DNA of 63,873 nucleotides, filler included, from Acidimicrobiia bacterium (GCA_041619515.1; 3 parts of 3 records of this genome joined end to end with filler, not necessarily neighbours in it), one strand, 5' to 3'; counted from the first letter of the whole stretch, positions 1-13,170 are shown. Made by a program: numbers and translations. Notes: generated by a model from the sequence alone, not told the origin.

Positions 1-186
1 CCCCCTCCGGGGGGAGAGACCAACCCACCACCACTCCACGAACGCCCCCCTCCCGGCTCCGCCGGACTCCCCCCTCCGGGGGGAGAGACCAACCCACCAC
101 CACCCCAACAACGCCCCCCTCCCGGCCAACCCCGGCTCCTCTCCTCCCCCGGAGGGGGAGGTGGCCCGTAGGGCCGGAGGGGGCGC
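1..186. repeat. REP-like palindromic repeat cluster (family A)
   Basis: Tandem units CCCCCTCCCGGCT(C/G)CGCCGGACTCCCCCCTCCGGGGGGAGAGACCAACC plus TCCTCCCCCGGAGGGGGAGGTGGCCCGTAGGGCCGGAGGGGGCG; same motifs recur at 23172-23420 and inverted at 42926-42978. Confidence 0.8.
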
Positions 187-233
187 TCACGAGAATCCCC
201 GGATCGCGGGCCAGGACCGGAGGAGGAGGTCAT

Positions 234-2033
234 TCAGTCCCGCTCGATCTTCAGGGCGTCGATGAAGGCACCGTTCGGCACCTCGACCGAACCGACCATC
301 TTCATGCGCTTCTTGCCTTCCTTCTGCCGTTCCAGCAGCTTGCGTTTCCGGCTGATGTCACCGCCGTAGCACTTGGCCGTCACATCCTTGCGCTTGGCTT
401 TCACGGTCTCCCGCGCAATCACCCGGCTGCCGATTGCTGCCTGGATCGGGATGTCGAACAGCTGGCGCGGGATCAGCTCTTGCAGCCGCTTGGTCATGGC
501 GCTGCCATAGCTGTAGGCCTTGTCCTTGTGGATGATGGTGGAGAAGGCGTCCACCGGCTGGCCGTTGAGGAGAATGTCGACCTTCGACAGCTCAGAGGAC
601 CGATACCCGACCGGCTCGTAGTCGAGCGAGGCATACCCTCTCGTACGCGATTTCAGCTGATCGAAGAAGTCGAACACGATTTCGGCCAGGGGGATCTCGT
701 AGTCGATCTCCACCCGCTCCGGCGTCAGGTAGTTCAGCTCGCCCATCATCCCCCGCCGCTGCTGGGCAAGCTCCATCACCGCCCCGACATACTCAGAGGG
801 CGCAAGCATCATCACTTTCACGTACGGCTCCTCGATTCCGGCCAGCTGGTTGGCGGCGGGCAGGTCCTGCGGACTGCGAACCTCGACAACTTCCCCCGCC
901 ACCGTCGTCGCCCGATAGGCGACGCTCGGGGCAGTGGAGACGAGCTCGAGGTCATACTCACGCTCGAGCCGTTCGCGCACGATCTCCATGTGGAGCAGCC
1001 CGAGGAACCCGCATCGGAACCCGAAACCGAGCGCCGCCGAGGTCTCCGGCTCGTAGCTGAGAGCGGCATCGTTGAGGCGCAGCTTCTCGAGCGCGTCGCG
1101 CAGACGCTCGAAGTCATCTCCGTCGATGGGGAACATGCCGGAGAAGACCATGGGCTTGGGCTCCCGATAGCCGGGGAGCGCCTCGGCTGCCGGCCGGTCG
1201 GTTCTCGTCACGGTGTCGCCCACCCTGACCAAATCGATGTCCTTGACTCCGGTGATCAGGTAGCCCGACTCCCCGGGTCCGAGCGATGCCACGGGCACCG
1301 CCTGCGGGGTGAGAATGCCGACCTCGTCTGCGTGCTCGACCAGCCCGCTCGCCATGAAGCGGACCGCATCGCCCTTCCCGAGCGTTCCGTCCTTCACCCG
1401 GATGTAGCAGACGACGCCCCGGTAGGCATCGAAATAGGAGTCGAAGATGAGGGCCCGCAGCGGATCACCGGGGTCGCCGTCCGGGGCCGGGAGCCGGTGG
1501 ACGATTGCCTCCAGCAGCTGGTCGATTCCGGCCCCGGTCTTGGCCGAGATCGCGATCATGTCGTCTGCGCTCCCTCCGATGATGGCCGCCACCTCCCGGC
1601 CCACCCGCTCGGGGTCGGCAGCGGGCAGATCGATCTTGTTGATGACGGGAACGATTTCGAGACCGGCCTCGATGGCCAGATAGGTGTTGGCCAACGTCTG
1701 TGCCTCCACCCCCTGGGTGGCGTCGACTACCAGCAGCGCTCCTTCGACGGCGTCGAGTGACCGGGCCACCTCGTAGGAGAAATCAACGTGACCCGGCGTG
1801 TCGATGAGGTTGAGCTCGTAGGAGGCGCCGTCGAGCGCCTGGTACATGATGCGGACGGCTTGCGCCTTGATGGTGATGCCTCGCTCGCGTTCGAGATCCA
1901 TGCTGTCGAGGAGCTGCTCTTTCATGTCGCGGGCGCTGATGGCACCCGTGCGCTCGAGCAACCGGTCGGCCAGGGTGGACTTCCCGTGGTCGATGTGGGC
2001 GATGATGCTGAAGTTGCGGATGCGCGAGGTCAT
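234..2033 (-). CDS. lepA: Translation elongation factor 4 (LepA)
   Basis: [32 protein letters not shown]-terminal [25 protein letters not shown]; start at ATG 2033 (MTSRIRN). Confidence 0.98.
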   Translation of the reverse strand: MTSRIRNFSIIAHIDHGKSTLADRLLERTGAISARDMKEQLLDSMDLERERGITIKAQAVRIMYQALDGASYELNLIDTPGHVDFSYEVARSLDAVEGALLVVDATQGVEAQTLANTYLAIEAGLEIVPVINKIDLPAADPERVGREVAAIIGGSADDMIAISAKTGAGIDQLLEAIVHRLPAPDGDPGDPLRALIFDSYFDAYRGVVCYIRVKDGTLGKGDAVRFMASGLVEHADEVGILTPQAVPVASLGPGESGYLITGVKDIDLVRVGDTVTRTDRPAAEALPGYREPKPMVFSGMFPIDGDDFERLRDALEKLRLNDAALSYEPETSAALGFGFRCGFLGLLHMEIVRERLEREYDLELVSTAPSVAYRATTVAGEVVEVRSPQDLPAANQLAGIEEPYVKVMMLAPSEYVGAVMELAQQRRGMMGELNYLTPERVEIDYEIPLAEIVFDFFDQLKSRTRGYASLDYEPVGYRSSELSKVDILLNGQPVDAFSTIIHKDKAYSYGSAMTKRLQELIPRQLFDIPIQAAIGSRVIARETVKAKRKDVTAKCYGGDISRKRKLLERQKEGKKRMKMVGSVEVPNGAFIDALKIERD

Positions 2034-2138
2034 GGGGTGTTCGGTTGGGGACGAATGCGATTGTACGGCGGCGGTGGGCTGATGACTGACTGCTGACAAG
2101 CCGCGGCCGCTATGCTTTCGCCTTCACAAAGGACACGA

Positions 2139-2408
2139 ATGGCCAACATCAAATCCCAGATCAAGCGCAACCGCCAGTCTGAGAAGGCTCGCCTGCGCAA
2201 CAAGACGGTCCGGTCCGAGATCCGGACCCGCTCCAAGTCGGCCCTGGAGGCGGCTCAGGCCGGCGATCCCGCCGCCGCCGCGGAGGCGTTGAAGCTCGCT
2301 CAGGCCCGAATCGACGTGGCGGTGACTCGAGGGGTGCTGCACGCCAAGACTGCTGCCCGTCGCAAGTCGAAGCTCACCAAGCAGGTCCGCACGCTCCTCG
2401 GCTCCTGA
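2139..2408 (+). CDS. rpsT: 30S ribosomal protein S20
   Basis: MANIKSQIKRNRQ...GVLHAKTAARRKS; divergent from lepA as usual. Confidence 0.97.
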   Translation: MANIKSQIKRNRQSEKARLRNKTVRSEIRTRSKSALEAAQAGDPAAAAEALKLAQARIDVAVTRGVLHAKTAARRKSKLTKQVRTLLGS

Positions 2409-2881
2409 TGACCGAAGATGCCACCTGGCTGACTCCCGCCGCCCACGAGAAGCTCCAGGCCGAGTTCGAGGAGCTCACTACCGCCGGCCGGCGCCATATC
2501 GAGGAGCGGATCGCTGAGGCCCGGTCGCACGGCGACCTCCGGGAGAACGCCGATTATGACGCCGCCAAGAACGAGCAAGGGATGATGGAGGCGCGGATCC
2601 GCCAGCTCAAGCATCTGCTCGAGAACGCCGAGGTCCGGGAAGCCCAAGACACCGGGAAGGTGGAGGTGGGCTCAATCGTCACCGTCACGAACGGCGATCT
2701 CACCTTGGAAGTGTTGGTGGCCGGTTCCGAGAATCGAGTTTCGGGCGTCCAGACCGCCGCTCCCGACGGCCCGCTCGGCAAGGCGTTGCTGGGAGCAGAA
2801 GTGGGCGACTCGGTCACGTACGAAGCTCCGGGCGGCACCTTCAGCTACACGGTGGAAAGCATCCGGCCCTTCGAGGGATAG
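2408..2881 (+). CDS. greA: Transcription elongation factor GreA
   Basis: ARSHGDLRENADYDAAKNEQ motif, PLGKALLG; TGATG overlap with rpsT. Confidence 0.95.
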   Translation: MTEDATWLTPAAHEKLQAEFEELTTAGRRHIEERIAEARSHGDLRENADYDAAKNEQGMMEARIRQLKHLLENAEVREAQDTGKVEVGSIVTVTNGDLTLEVLVAGSENRVSGVQTAAPDGPLGKALLGAEVGDSVTYEAPGGTFSYTVESIRPFEG

Positions 2882-2903
2882 CGAGATGCCTTCCCGGCGC
2901 CGC

Positions 2904-3899
2904 TCAGGCGGTGCGTCTGGCGGCGCTTCCCGAGTACCACCGGCACAACGCCACCGTCAGGCGCTCCATCGTGAGCTGGTGGGTGTCCTCCGGGGCGCTC
3001 TTGAGGTGCTGATCGGCCCGGCTGATCGCATCGAGCGCCCGGCGGAGCTCACTATCTGAGGTGCGCCCACGAGCCTGCCAGGCTTTCTTGGTCGGGAAGT
3101 GGTCGGGTGAGGTACCGCTCCACTCGGCGAAGGTGGCCAGGTTTGGGGCCGCGGCCGCGATGGCGCGCCGCTTGAGATCGTTTTCCAGGTAGGCGAGCAA
3201 CACGAGCGGATGGCTGTGGGTCAGGTAGTCGGTGAGCCGGCGCAATGCCTCGCCGACATCACCGGCCGAGACCGCATCGGCGTACAGCCACACCGGCTCG
3301 TCCGGACGGGTACGGAAGCGTTCGATGAGCTCCTCCGCAGACGGGAGGTCGTCGGCCAGCTCCAGCTGGTCGAGCGCACCCGACAGCGCCGCCAGGTCGG
3401 ACCCGAACCGCTGGATGAGCGCGCCCTGTGCTTCGCCGGCCAGTTTTAGCTTGCGGCGCTTGAGCTCGGCGGCCAGCCACTGGCCGGCGTCACGCTCTCG
3501 CAGCTTCTTGACGGTGACGGTCTCACCGGACTCCTTGAGCACGCGGGCCAGCGCAGCCGGGAGTGCTCCCATCGATGTGATGGCCACCTGGACAGCCTCG
3601 GGGAGATCCACCAGCAGCTCGGCGATGATCTCCGCCTCGCCCTTCAGCAGGTTCTGGGCATCGACGACCAGCACCCCCTCGCGACCGCCGAACAGGGACC
3701 CCGATTGCAGGGCCGGAACCACCGCCTCGAGATCCGTTCGCATGGTGGCGCCCTCCTCGGCGGCGCCCGCCCCCTTGGCGGGAACGTCGACCCGCACGAA
3801 GGAATCGGCGCCCGCCAGATAGTCGTGAGCGCGTTCCAGCAGTTCCTGGCGCTCACCCGGGCCGGAATCTCTCGGGCCGACGACGGCGAGGATTGGCAT
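2904..3899 (-). CDS. holA: DNA polymerase III delta subunit
   Basis: SLFGG motif, size, and conserved position downstream of comEC next to rpsT. Confidence 0.8.
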   Translation of the reverse strand: MPILAVVGPRDSGPGERQELLERAHDYLAGADSFVRVDVPAKGAGAAEEGATMRTDLEAVVPALQSGSLFGGREGVLVVDAQNLLKGEAEIIAELLVDLPEAVQVAITSMGALPAALARVLKESGETVTVKKLRERDAGQWLAAELKRRKLKLAGEAQGALIQRFGSDLAALSGALDQLELADDLPSAEELIERFRTRPDEPVWLYADAVSAGDVGEALRRLTDYLTHSHPLVLLAYLENDLKRRAIAAAAPNLATFAEWSGTSPDHFPTKKAWQARGRTSDSELRRALDAISRADQHLKSAPEDTHQLTMERLTVALCRWYSGSAARRTA

Positions 3900-3934
3900 G
3901 GACGGAGGCTACCGCCTGGGCCGGCAATCTCATC

Positions 3935-4777
3935 TCAGCCGAGCTCTGCCAGCACATGCACGACCCAGGCTTCGAGGCGCCGGTTGCCGCCGGCCGACGG
4001 CCGCCAGTTCGGCAGGAAGTCCACACAGGTGACCAGGTCCCAGTACGGATCATGCGAGAGCCCGCTCGCCGCCGTCCAGGTAGACCGGAAGGCGTCGGCG
4101 ACGTGTTCGTCGAAGCCGATGGCGAGATTGGCCCGGCAATGGGCGACATCCATCGTCACCGGGCCCAGACAGGCTTGTGACCAATCCACCACCCCCGCCA
4201 GTCCGCTGCCCCACAGCACATTCCACGGATGAAAGTCACGATGGATGAACCGTTCGGGCGCGGCGGGAGCCGGGCCCCGCACGATTGCGATCGCATCCTC
4301 CCAGACCGACCGGTCATTCGCCCAGTGGGGAGGCTCGGCCTGCCCGGCCGGTATGTAACGGGCGAACGGTCGAATCCAGGCGGGCGCCTCGACCGTGCCG
4401 ATGCGAACCGCCAGCTCCGCCACCGCCCCGAGCCACTCTCCGGGGGCTGCGCAGTCGCCGGCCGGGGCACCGTCGATCCACGAGAGCAGCAGCGAGGGAT
4501 GGCCCGCCTCGACACCGTGAGCGTCGAGCGCAAGCACGCGCGGCACCGGGATGCCGCTGCCTGCCAGCAGCTCGAGCACCGCCGCCTCGTAGGCGACGAC
4601 GTCGGGGCGTTCGGCCAGCCACCGCTCATTCGTCACTTGCTTGAGCACCGCCCTCCGGCTGCCAAGCGATACACCGTGAACACGGGAGGTCACACCCCCG
4701 GCGAGTGCGTCCCCGATCTGCGCGCCCATCCCCAGCTGTGCACGAACCCATCGGACCGTGCGTGCGTCGATGGCCAT
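3935..4777 (-). CDS. Aminoglycoside phosphotransferase (APH/choline kinase-like) family protein
   Basis: HRDFHPWNVL and VVDW kinase motifs. Confidence 0.8.
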   Translation of the reverse strand: MAIDARTVRWVRAQLGMGAQIGDALAGGVTSRVHGVSLGSRRAVLKQVTNERWLAERPDVVAYEAAVLELLAGSGIPVPRVLALDAHGVEAGHPSLLLSWIDGAPAGDCAAPGEWLGAVAELAVRIGTVEAPAWIRPFARYIPAGQAEPPHWANDRSVWEDAIAIVRGPAPAAPERFIHRDFHPWNVLWGSGLAGVVDWSQACLGPVTMDVAHCRANLAIGFDEHVADAFRSTWTAASGLSHDPYWDLVTCVDFLPNWRPSAGGNRRLEAWVVHVLAELG

Positions 4778-4786
4778 CGGCGCACC

Positions 4787-6820
4787 CTACCCATGCCAGG
4801 GCACCGGGAGCACAACGTCGCCCTCCAGATCGGTTCGCCGGATGACGGTGCCCGCCTCCTCCAGGACCCCTATCACGCCTGGGTGGGGATGGCCGAAGTC
4901 GTTCTCACCCACGCTGAGGACCGAAATGGGGGCTGCCGACCGACGCAACCAGCCCAGATCTGTGGTGGCCGCACCATGATGCGGCACCTTCAGGACGTCC
5001 ACGGGCACAACGCCCAGATCCCCCTGGGCGGTGGCTTCGATATCGCCGGTCAGCAGGGCCGACGACGACCCGGCGACAACCCGCAAGACGATCGACTCGT
5101 CGTTGATGCCTGCGTACCGCCGGCCGGGACCGAGCACCTCGATCCGGAACGAGCCGATTTCGGCGACCCATCCGGGCGCGGGCTGCTCGACCAGCAATCC
5201 ATGCGTTTCCGCCGCCTCCAGCAGCGCCGCATACCGGTCGGACCCCTCCACATGGCCCGGATGCCAGAGGCGGGCCACCGCCACCGCACTCATCACCGAT
5301 TCCAGCCCACCGATGTGATCCTGGTCACCATGGGTGGCCACCATGAGGTCGACGTGGTCGACGCCGAACCGGCGGAGCCCCGACAGGAGCCGCCGGGCAT
5401 CCGGGCCGCCGTCGACGAGGACCGTCTCGCCCCCCGGCCCGATCAACAGCGTCGCATCGCCCTGACCGACGTCGAGAAACACCAGCGTGGCGCGGTCGAC
5501 GCCGGCGGCCGGCAGCAGCCCAACCGAAATCACCAGACCGGCTGCGAGCGCCACCCACGGCCGAAGCGGGCGCAGGCGGGAGGCCGCCGCCGCCAGCCCG
5601 GCCCCGGCGACAGCGCCGGCGCCGAGTTGTGGCCAGCCGGCGGCAAGATGGCTGATGGTGAGCACGACCTGCGCCAGCCAACCGGCCGCCGTGACCAGGG
5701 ACGACGAGGCGGTGATGACCGCAACACCCCCGGCGGCGGTGGCCAGGGTCACAACGGGTGCCGCCACGAGGTTCGTGAGCGGCGAGAGCAGCGGGACGCT
5801 ACCGAAATGCCACAGCAGGAGCGGGGTCACCGCCACCTGCGCCCCGAGCGTTATCCCGAGCACCTGCCCGACGCTCCCCCAGCCGGCGGCACGGACCCGT
5901 CGGCTCCCAACCAGGACGCCGGCGGTGGCCGCCGCACTCAGCTGGAACCCCACGTCTCCGCTCAATTGTCCGGCGACGAGCAGAGAAAGCGTCACCGCTG
6001 CGCCGAGGGCCGCCCACGGCGTCAATGCCACCCCGGTAAGACGGCCCGCCAGAACCAGGCCCGCCATCAGCGAGGCGCGGACCACCGAAGGCTCCCACCG
6101 GGTGACCACCAGAAACAATGCCAGCCCGGCCAGCCCAACGAGGACCCGCCGCCGGGGCCCCCATCCCAGCGGGCCGGCTGCGATGAACCAGGCCGCCAGA
6201 AACAAGGCGACGTTGCTGCCGCTGACCGCCACGAAGTGCGACAAACCCGCCAGCCGCAGTTCCTCGAGCTGCGCCTGCGGGAGACGGTCGACATCGCCGA
6301 CGAGGAACCCCGCCAGCAAAGCACCGCGCGCCCCGGAATCCTGAAGGACCGACGCCACCCGGCGGCGGATCGCGTTGCCGGCCTGGAAGAGCGGATCGGT
6401 GGCCGGCCCGAGCCGTTCGACCACCGCCTCGTCGAGCCGCCCGGCAACAGGGTCGCCGCGCACGAAGCCGCTCCGGGCTTCCATGATGCCGGCCACCGCC
6501 ACCCGTTCACCGGCCACCGCCGTCGTCGCCTCGGCGAGAACGATCGCCAGCCGCGGCCCCGGCCACGGCTGCCACCCCCGGGGGGTGCCAAGGTGGGTGG
6601 GTGCGAGCACGGCGCGCAGCTCGGAACCCAAGGGCCGAGGATCGTCGGCCAGCCTGCCCGCCACGGTCACTCGCCCGGACGGCAGCTCGGTCCGCAGTGT
6701 CGCCTGTTCTCGCGCCACCGAGGTGAGCCCGGAAATGAGGCCGGCCACGACGACGGCAACCAGCAACGGGCGTCTCGTCGCTGAGACGGGCACCAGCAGC
6801 AGGATCGCCCACCAGCCCAC
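4787..6820 (-). CDS. comEC: Competence protein ComEC/Rec2
   Basis: LSHFVAVSGSNV, PSVVRA, FLDVGQGD, THGDQDHIGG, LKVPHHG; frame stays open to ~6898, so the true start may be upstream. Confidence 0.93.
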   Translation of the reverse strand: MGWWAILLLVPVSATRRPLLVAVVVAGLISGLTSVAREQATLRTELPSGRVTVAGRLADDPRPLGSELRAVLAPTHLGTPRGWQPWPGPRLAIVLAEATTAVAGERVAVAGIMEARSGFVRGDPVAGRLDEAVVERLGPATDPLFQAGNAIRRRVASVLQDSGARGALLAGFLVGDVDRLPQAQLEELRLAGLSHFVAVSGSNVALFLAAWFIAAGPLGWGPRRRVLVGLAGLALFLVVTRWEPSVVRASLMAGLVLAGRLTGVALTPWAALGAAVTLSLLVAGQLSGDVGFQLSAAATAGVLVGSRRVRAAGWGSVGQVLGITLGAQVAVTPLLLWHFGSVPLLSPLTNLVAAPVVTLATAAGGVAVITASSSLVTAAGWLAQVVLTISHLAAGWPQLGAGAVAGAGLAAAASRLRPLRPWVALAAGLVISVGLLPAAGVDRATLVFLDVGQGDATLLIGPGGETVLVDGGPDARRLLSGLRRFGVDHVDLMVATHGDQDHIGGLESVMSAVAVARLWHPGHVEGSDRYAALLEAAETHGLLVEQPAPGWVAEIGSFRIEVLGPGRRYAGINDESIVLRVVAGSSSALLTGDIEATAQGDLGVVPVDVLKVPHHGAATTDLGWLRRSAAPISVLSVGENDFGHPHPGVIGVLEEAGTVIRRTDLEGDVVLPVPWHG

Positions 6821-6894
6821 AGATCGGCTGGCACCGACCGATGCCCAGGCCGCGACCGCGCCGGCCAGAGCAGCCCGTTCGAGGGGCGTCAGCG

Positions 6895-7473
6895 TCAGGG
6901 GACCGCCACCTCGTCGCGCATGGCGGCGAGCTTGGCCTCACCGATACCGGGAACGTCGAGCAGATCCTCGACGGTCACAAACGGCCCGTTGGTCTCCCGA
7001 TGCTCGACGATTCTCGCCGCCAGCACCGGGCCCACCCCCGGGATCCGCTCGAGGTCGGCGGCTCCGGCGGTGTTGAGATGCACCCGGCCCGGCGCGACGC
7101 TTGCCGGCACCTCACCCCGGCCGCGCACGACCACCTGCTGTCCGTCTACCAGCGGAGCAGCCAGGTTGAGGCCCGCAGGATCGGCCGTGGGGAGCAGGCC
7201 GCCGGCGCGTGCGATCGCCTCGGCCACCCGGGAGCCGGGTGCAACCTCTACCAGCCCGGGGGCGGCCACCTCGCCGGCAACGTGCACGGTCAGCACCCCG
7301 GAGCCGGCCGGAGCGGTCACCCGGAGGGGAGGGGGCGGCTCCGGCACCCCGCCGAACCACCATCCGGCCAGGCCGGCAACCAGCAGCACGGCCCCCGCAA
7401 TCATCCATTGCACCCGGTCCACGGAGGCCCTTCCTGCGAGACGACGGCGCCGGGCGGCACCCGGTCGAGACAT
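6895..7473 (-). CDS. comEA: Competence DNA-binding protein ComEA
   Basis: TM segment, SLBB (VHVAGEVAAPG), HhH motifs IPGVGPVLA and VPGIGEAK. Confidence 0.93.
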   Translation of the reverse strand: MSRPGAARRRRLAGRASVDRVQWMIAGAVLLVAGLAGWWFGGVPEPPPPLRVTAPAGSGVLTVHVAGEVAAPGLVEVAPGSRVAEAIARAGGLLPTADPAGLNLAAPLVDGQQVVVRGRGEVPASVAPGRVHLNTAGAADLERIPGVGPVLAARIVEHRETNGPFVTVEDLLDVPGIGEAKLAAMRDEVAVP

Positions 7474-7547
7474 ATATCAGGACCGCAGTGCCGGGTGAAG
7501 AGGCCTGCCGCTCGCCATAATCACCCCGGCGACTACCAGGAGGGTGA

Positions 7548-8345
7548 GTGGACACGTATCGAGTGGAACCCGGCACGAGGCTCCGGCTGGAGGAGGTGGA
7601 CCCGGCCGACACCATGGGCATCGACAAGGCGGCGGCAAAGACGGAGACGAAGGCGCTCAACCGGCGCCTGGAAGCGCTCCAGGAGCTGCTGTACGCGGAA
7701 GGCAGGCACAAGGTGCTCATCGTGCTCCAGGCCATGGACGCCGCCGGCAAGGACGGAACCATCCGCCATGTGTTCGATCGGGTCAACCCCCAAGGCGTGA
7801 AGGTGGCGTCGTTCAAGAAGCCGACGCCCCAGGAGCTCGCTCACGACTACCTGTGGCGGGTCCACCGGCATACCCCCGGCACCGGTGAGATCGCCATCTT
7901 CAACCGGAGCCACTACGAGGACGTTCTCATCGTCAGGGTCCTCGGCCTGGTGCCGGAGGAGCGCTGGTCACAGCGTTACGAGCACATCCGGGGGTTCGAG
8001 CAACTGCTGGCCGACGAGGGCACCACCATCGTCAAGTTCTATCTGCACATCAGCAAGGACGAGCAACGCGCCCGCCTCCAAGCCCGGCTCGACGACCCGA
8101 GCAAGCATTGGAAGTTCGACATCGGCGACCTCGCCCAGCGCAAGCGGTGGGATGACTACATGGCCGCCTACGAGCAGGCGCTGTCCGAAACCAGCACCCC
8201 ATCCGCCCCCTGGTATGTCATACCGGCCGAGCACAAATGGTTCCGGAACCTGGCCATCAGCCGCATCCTCGTCTCCACACTGGAGGGCTTGAACATGGCC
8301 TACCCGGAACAGACCGAGGACCTGAGCGGGGTGGTGGTGGAGTGA
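7548..8345 (+). CDS. ppk2: Polyphosphate kinase 2 family protein
   Basis: QAMDAAGKDGTI Walker A, FNRSHYEDVL, WKF...D. Confidence 0.92.
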   Translation: MDTYRVEPGTRLRLEEVDPADTMGIDKAAAKTETKALNRRLEALQELLYAEGRHKVLIVLQAMDAAGKDGTIRHVFDRVNPQGVKVASFKKPTPQELAHDYLWRVHRHTPGTGEIAIFNRSHYEDVLIVRVLGLVPEERWSQRYEHIRGFEQLLADEGTTIVKFYLHISKDEQRARLQARLDDPSKHWKFDIGDLAQRKRWDDYMAAYEQALSETSTPSAPWYVIPAEHKWFRNLAISRILVSTLEGLNMAYPEQTEDLSGVVVE

Positions 8346-8358
8346 CGGCTGAGGCGGC

Positions 8359-9125
8359 CTAGAGGGGAACGTTGCCGTCGTCGAAGAGCAGCAACGACAG
8401 GACGAGCGTGACCGCTGTGACGCCGTTGAAGCCCATGTGCATGAGTATCGGCCGGCTGAGCGATCCCCCCGCCCGCTCCCGAACATAACCGAGGACAACC
8501 CCGAGGCCGACGAGGGCGGGCACCAGCAGGAGCGTGGCAGGGTCGGTGAGATGAACGAGGCCGAACACGACACCGGTGATCCATATCGCCGGGCTCACCG
8601 CGAAGCGGGCTTTCAGCACATCCAGGAGCACGCCTCGAAACAGCATCTCCTCCAGGATGGGAGCGACGATCCCGACCACGAGGGCGATGACGACGGTCTC
8701 GCCGAGGTTGTCGCTTTCAGCAGCAGCTTCGATGACTTCCTGGGTGGGGGCGTCGACACCCAGCAACGCGAACACCCCCGCCAGCGCCAGCGACGACACG
8801 ATCAGCAGCCCCGCTCCATAGAGGAGAAACGGCCAATCGGTGGAATCCACATGCAGGTGATAGTCGTTCTGAAAGTTGCCGGTGCCCTTGCGGCTGCTCA
8901 TCAGCCGGAGCCCGAGGTACATGGTGAGGTACTGGCCGACGGCAGCCACCATGATGATTCGAGGCGCCTGATCGGATTCCTCGCCGTTGGCCAATGCAAC
9001 CAGGTCGACCAGGCCGGCGAAATGCGCCAGGAACAGAGCGACGGCCGACGCCACCAGCGCCGCCAGATAGACGAGGATGGGATCGCGCAGCGACCACGGC
9101 GAAGATGGTGTTGGGGTTGGCTCCA

Positions 9126-9126
<1 letters not shown>
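8359..9126 (-). CDS. CPBP (CAAX protease-like) intramembrane metalloprotease
   Basis: PILEEMLFRG, FGLVH, HMGFN motifs; ATG overlaps the leuS stop (TGATG). Confidence 0.9.
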
Positions 9127-11879
<2,753 letters not shown>

Positions 11880-12012
11880 CGTGAGGAGGTTAGTGGCATG
11901 GTTCGCGCCGCTTTGTAGGCTCTGGCCGGCGTGGTGGTCGCGCCGCATTACCGGAAACAAACCGCCTGCGCCGAGCGTCCTAATGACCGGACGAGAAGGA
12001 TCCTGAACCCGC

Positions 12013-13101
12013 GTGCATAGAACGTTCGCTGCTGTGGTGGTCGCCGCTGCCCTCGTGTTGGCCGCGTGCGGCGGTGGGTCGACGGCCACTACTCCCTCCG
12101 GCTTGAACCCGTCCACGACCACGGCGTCCCCCAACCCGGCGACGTCCAGCACCTCGACCCCGGCCCCCACGACTGCTCCGGAGCCGGCCACGAGCACGAC
12201 AACGCCGGCCACCACCACGACGACTACGACCTCTGTGCTCCCCGAGCCCGACCCCGTGACGGCGCTGCCGCCGCTTCCCGACGGGCGGCCGCGTACCTTT
12301 CTGGCGGTGACGAGCGATTTCGAGGCCGTCGAGGTCGACACTGTCACCGGCGCGGTGGTCCGCAGCATCGGCCAGGCCGGCACGCGTGCCGAGCTGGAGG
12401 CAGCCGAGGTGGCAGCAGCCGTCAACGTCATCGACCAGGTGTGGCGCACCATCGACGGATCGCTCACGGTGGTCAGTGAATGCTGCGAACCGGCCGCCGG
12501 AGCCATCCATGTGCTGGGGGCCGGCGACCAGTTCTCTGCCGACGCTCAGACCATCGCCGGATGGGGGATCGGAGCGGCCCCGAGAACGGCCGAGTTCGCC
12601 ATCGTCGGCTATTCCCTGGAGGTGGGGACCCCCGAGCGCTGGCGGATCTCACACTTTCTCGACCCTGCGATCGAAGGCTTCCCCAGCGGATCACCGGGGT
12701 GGAGTCGGGACGGCCGGTACGTCTACTGGTGGTCTGAGTCCGCCGGTGGCGCAGAGTCCACATGGAGTTTGGCGACCCTCGACCTCACGTCCGGCGACGT
12801 GTCCACCTTGGTGCTCGACTGGGTGCCCCAGGACTCACGTCTCACCGGCGTCGCCATCCGGGCATCCGGGGAGCTGGTATCGATCCTGACGACCGATGCC
12901 TTCACGACCACCGAGGGCATCGTGGCCACCCCGGCCGGGGACCTCGTGGAGAGGTTTGCCATCGAGGACGGCTCCGTTCTCGGCAACTACGACCCATCCG
13001 GCACCCATCTCATCTACGTCGACGGTGAGGGAACGGTGCGCTGGACCGACGGATCGACCTCCGGCATCCTCGGCGCCGGGTACGTGTTCGCCAGCTGGTG
13101 A
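12013..13101 (+). CDS. Lipoprotein with Thr/Pro-rich linker and beta-propeller-like C-terminus
   Basis: Signal peptide with lipobox LAAC, poly-Thr tract, WSRDG/YDPSG repeats. Confidence 0.7.
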   Translation: MHRTFAAVVVAAALVLAACGGGSTATTPSGLNPSTTTASPNPATSSTSTPAPTTAPEPATSTTTPATTTTTTTSVLPEPDPVTALPPLPDGRPRTFLAVTSDFEAVEVDTVTGAVVRSIGQAGTRAELEAAEVAAAVNVIDQVWRTIDGSLTVVSECCEPAAGAIHVLGAGDQFSADAQTIAGWGIGAAPRTAEFAIVGYSLEVGTPERWRISHFLDPAIEGFPSGSPGWSRDGRYVYWWSESAGGAESTWSLATLDLTSGDVSTLVLDWVPQDSRLTGVAIRASGELVSILTTDAFTTTEGIVATPAGDLVERFAIEDGSVLGNYDPSGTHLIYVDGEGTVRWTDGSTSGILGAGYVFASW

Positions 13102-13170
13102 GGCCCGGCCTCCGGATCTGCCGGGTCTGAGCTAAAGTCTTCTCACCAGAGAAAGGAGGTGGTCCGAAGA

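Noticed and set aside
3935..4777. Antibiotic resistance cluster (APH here; VanZ and beta-lactamase-like genes at 29709-32058)
   Set aside because: Only superfamily-level motifs; nothing supports a resistance function
4229..6784. Long antisense ORFs (also 480-1760, 9351-11411, 41972-43816 and others)
   Set aside because: Shadow frames of well-supported genes, expected at high GC; no motifs
11880..12506. N-terminal extension making LeuRS 1126 aa
   Set aside because: It is the antisense of the Thr-rich lipoprotein; LeuRS similarity starts at 11879
13150..13165. 16S rRNA gene remnant on the minus strand
   Set aside because: Similarity is limited to 16 nt and the flanks show no rRNA sequence
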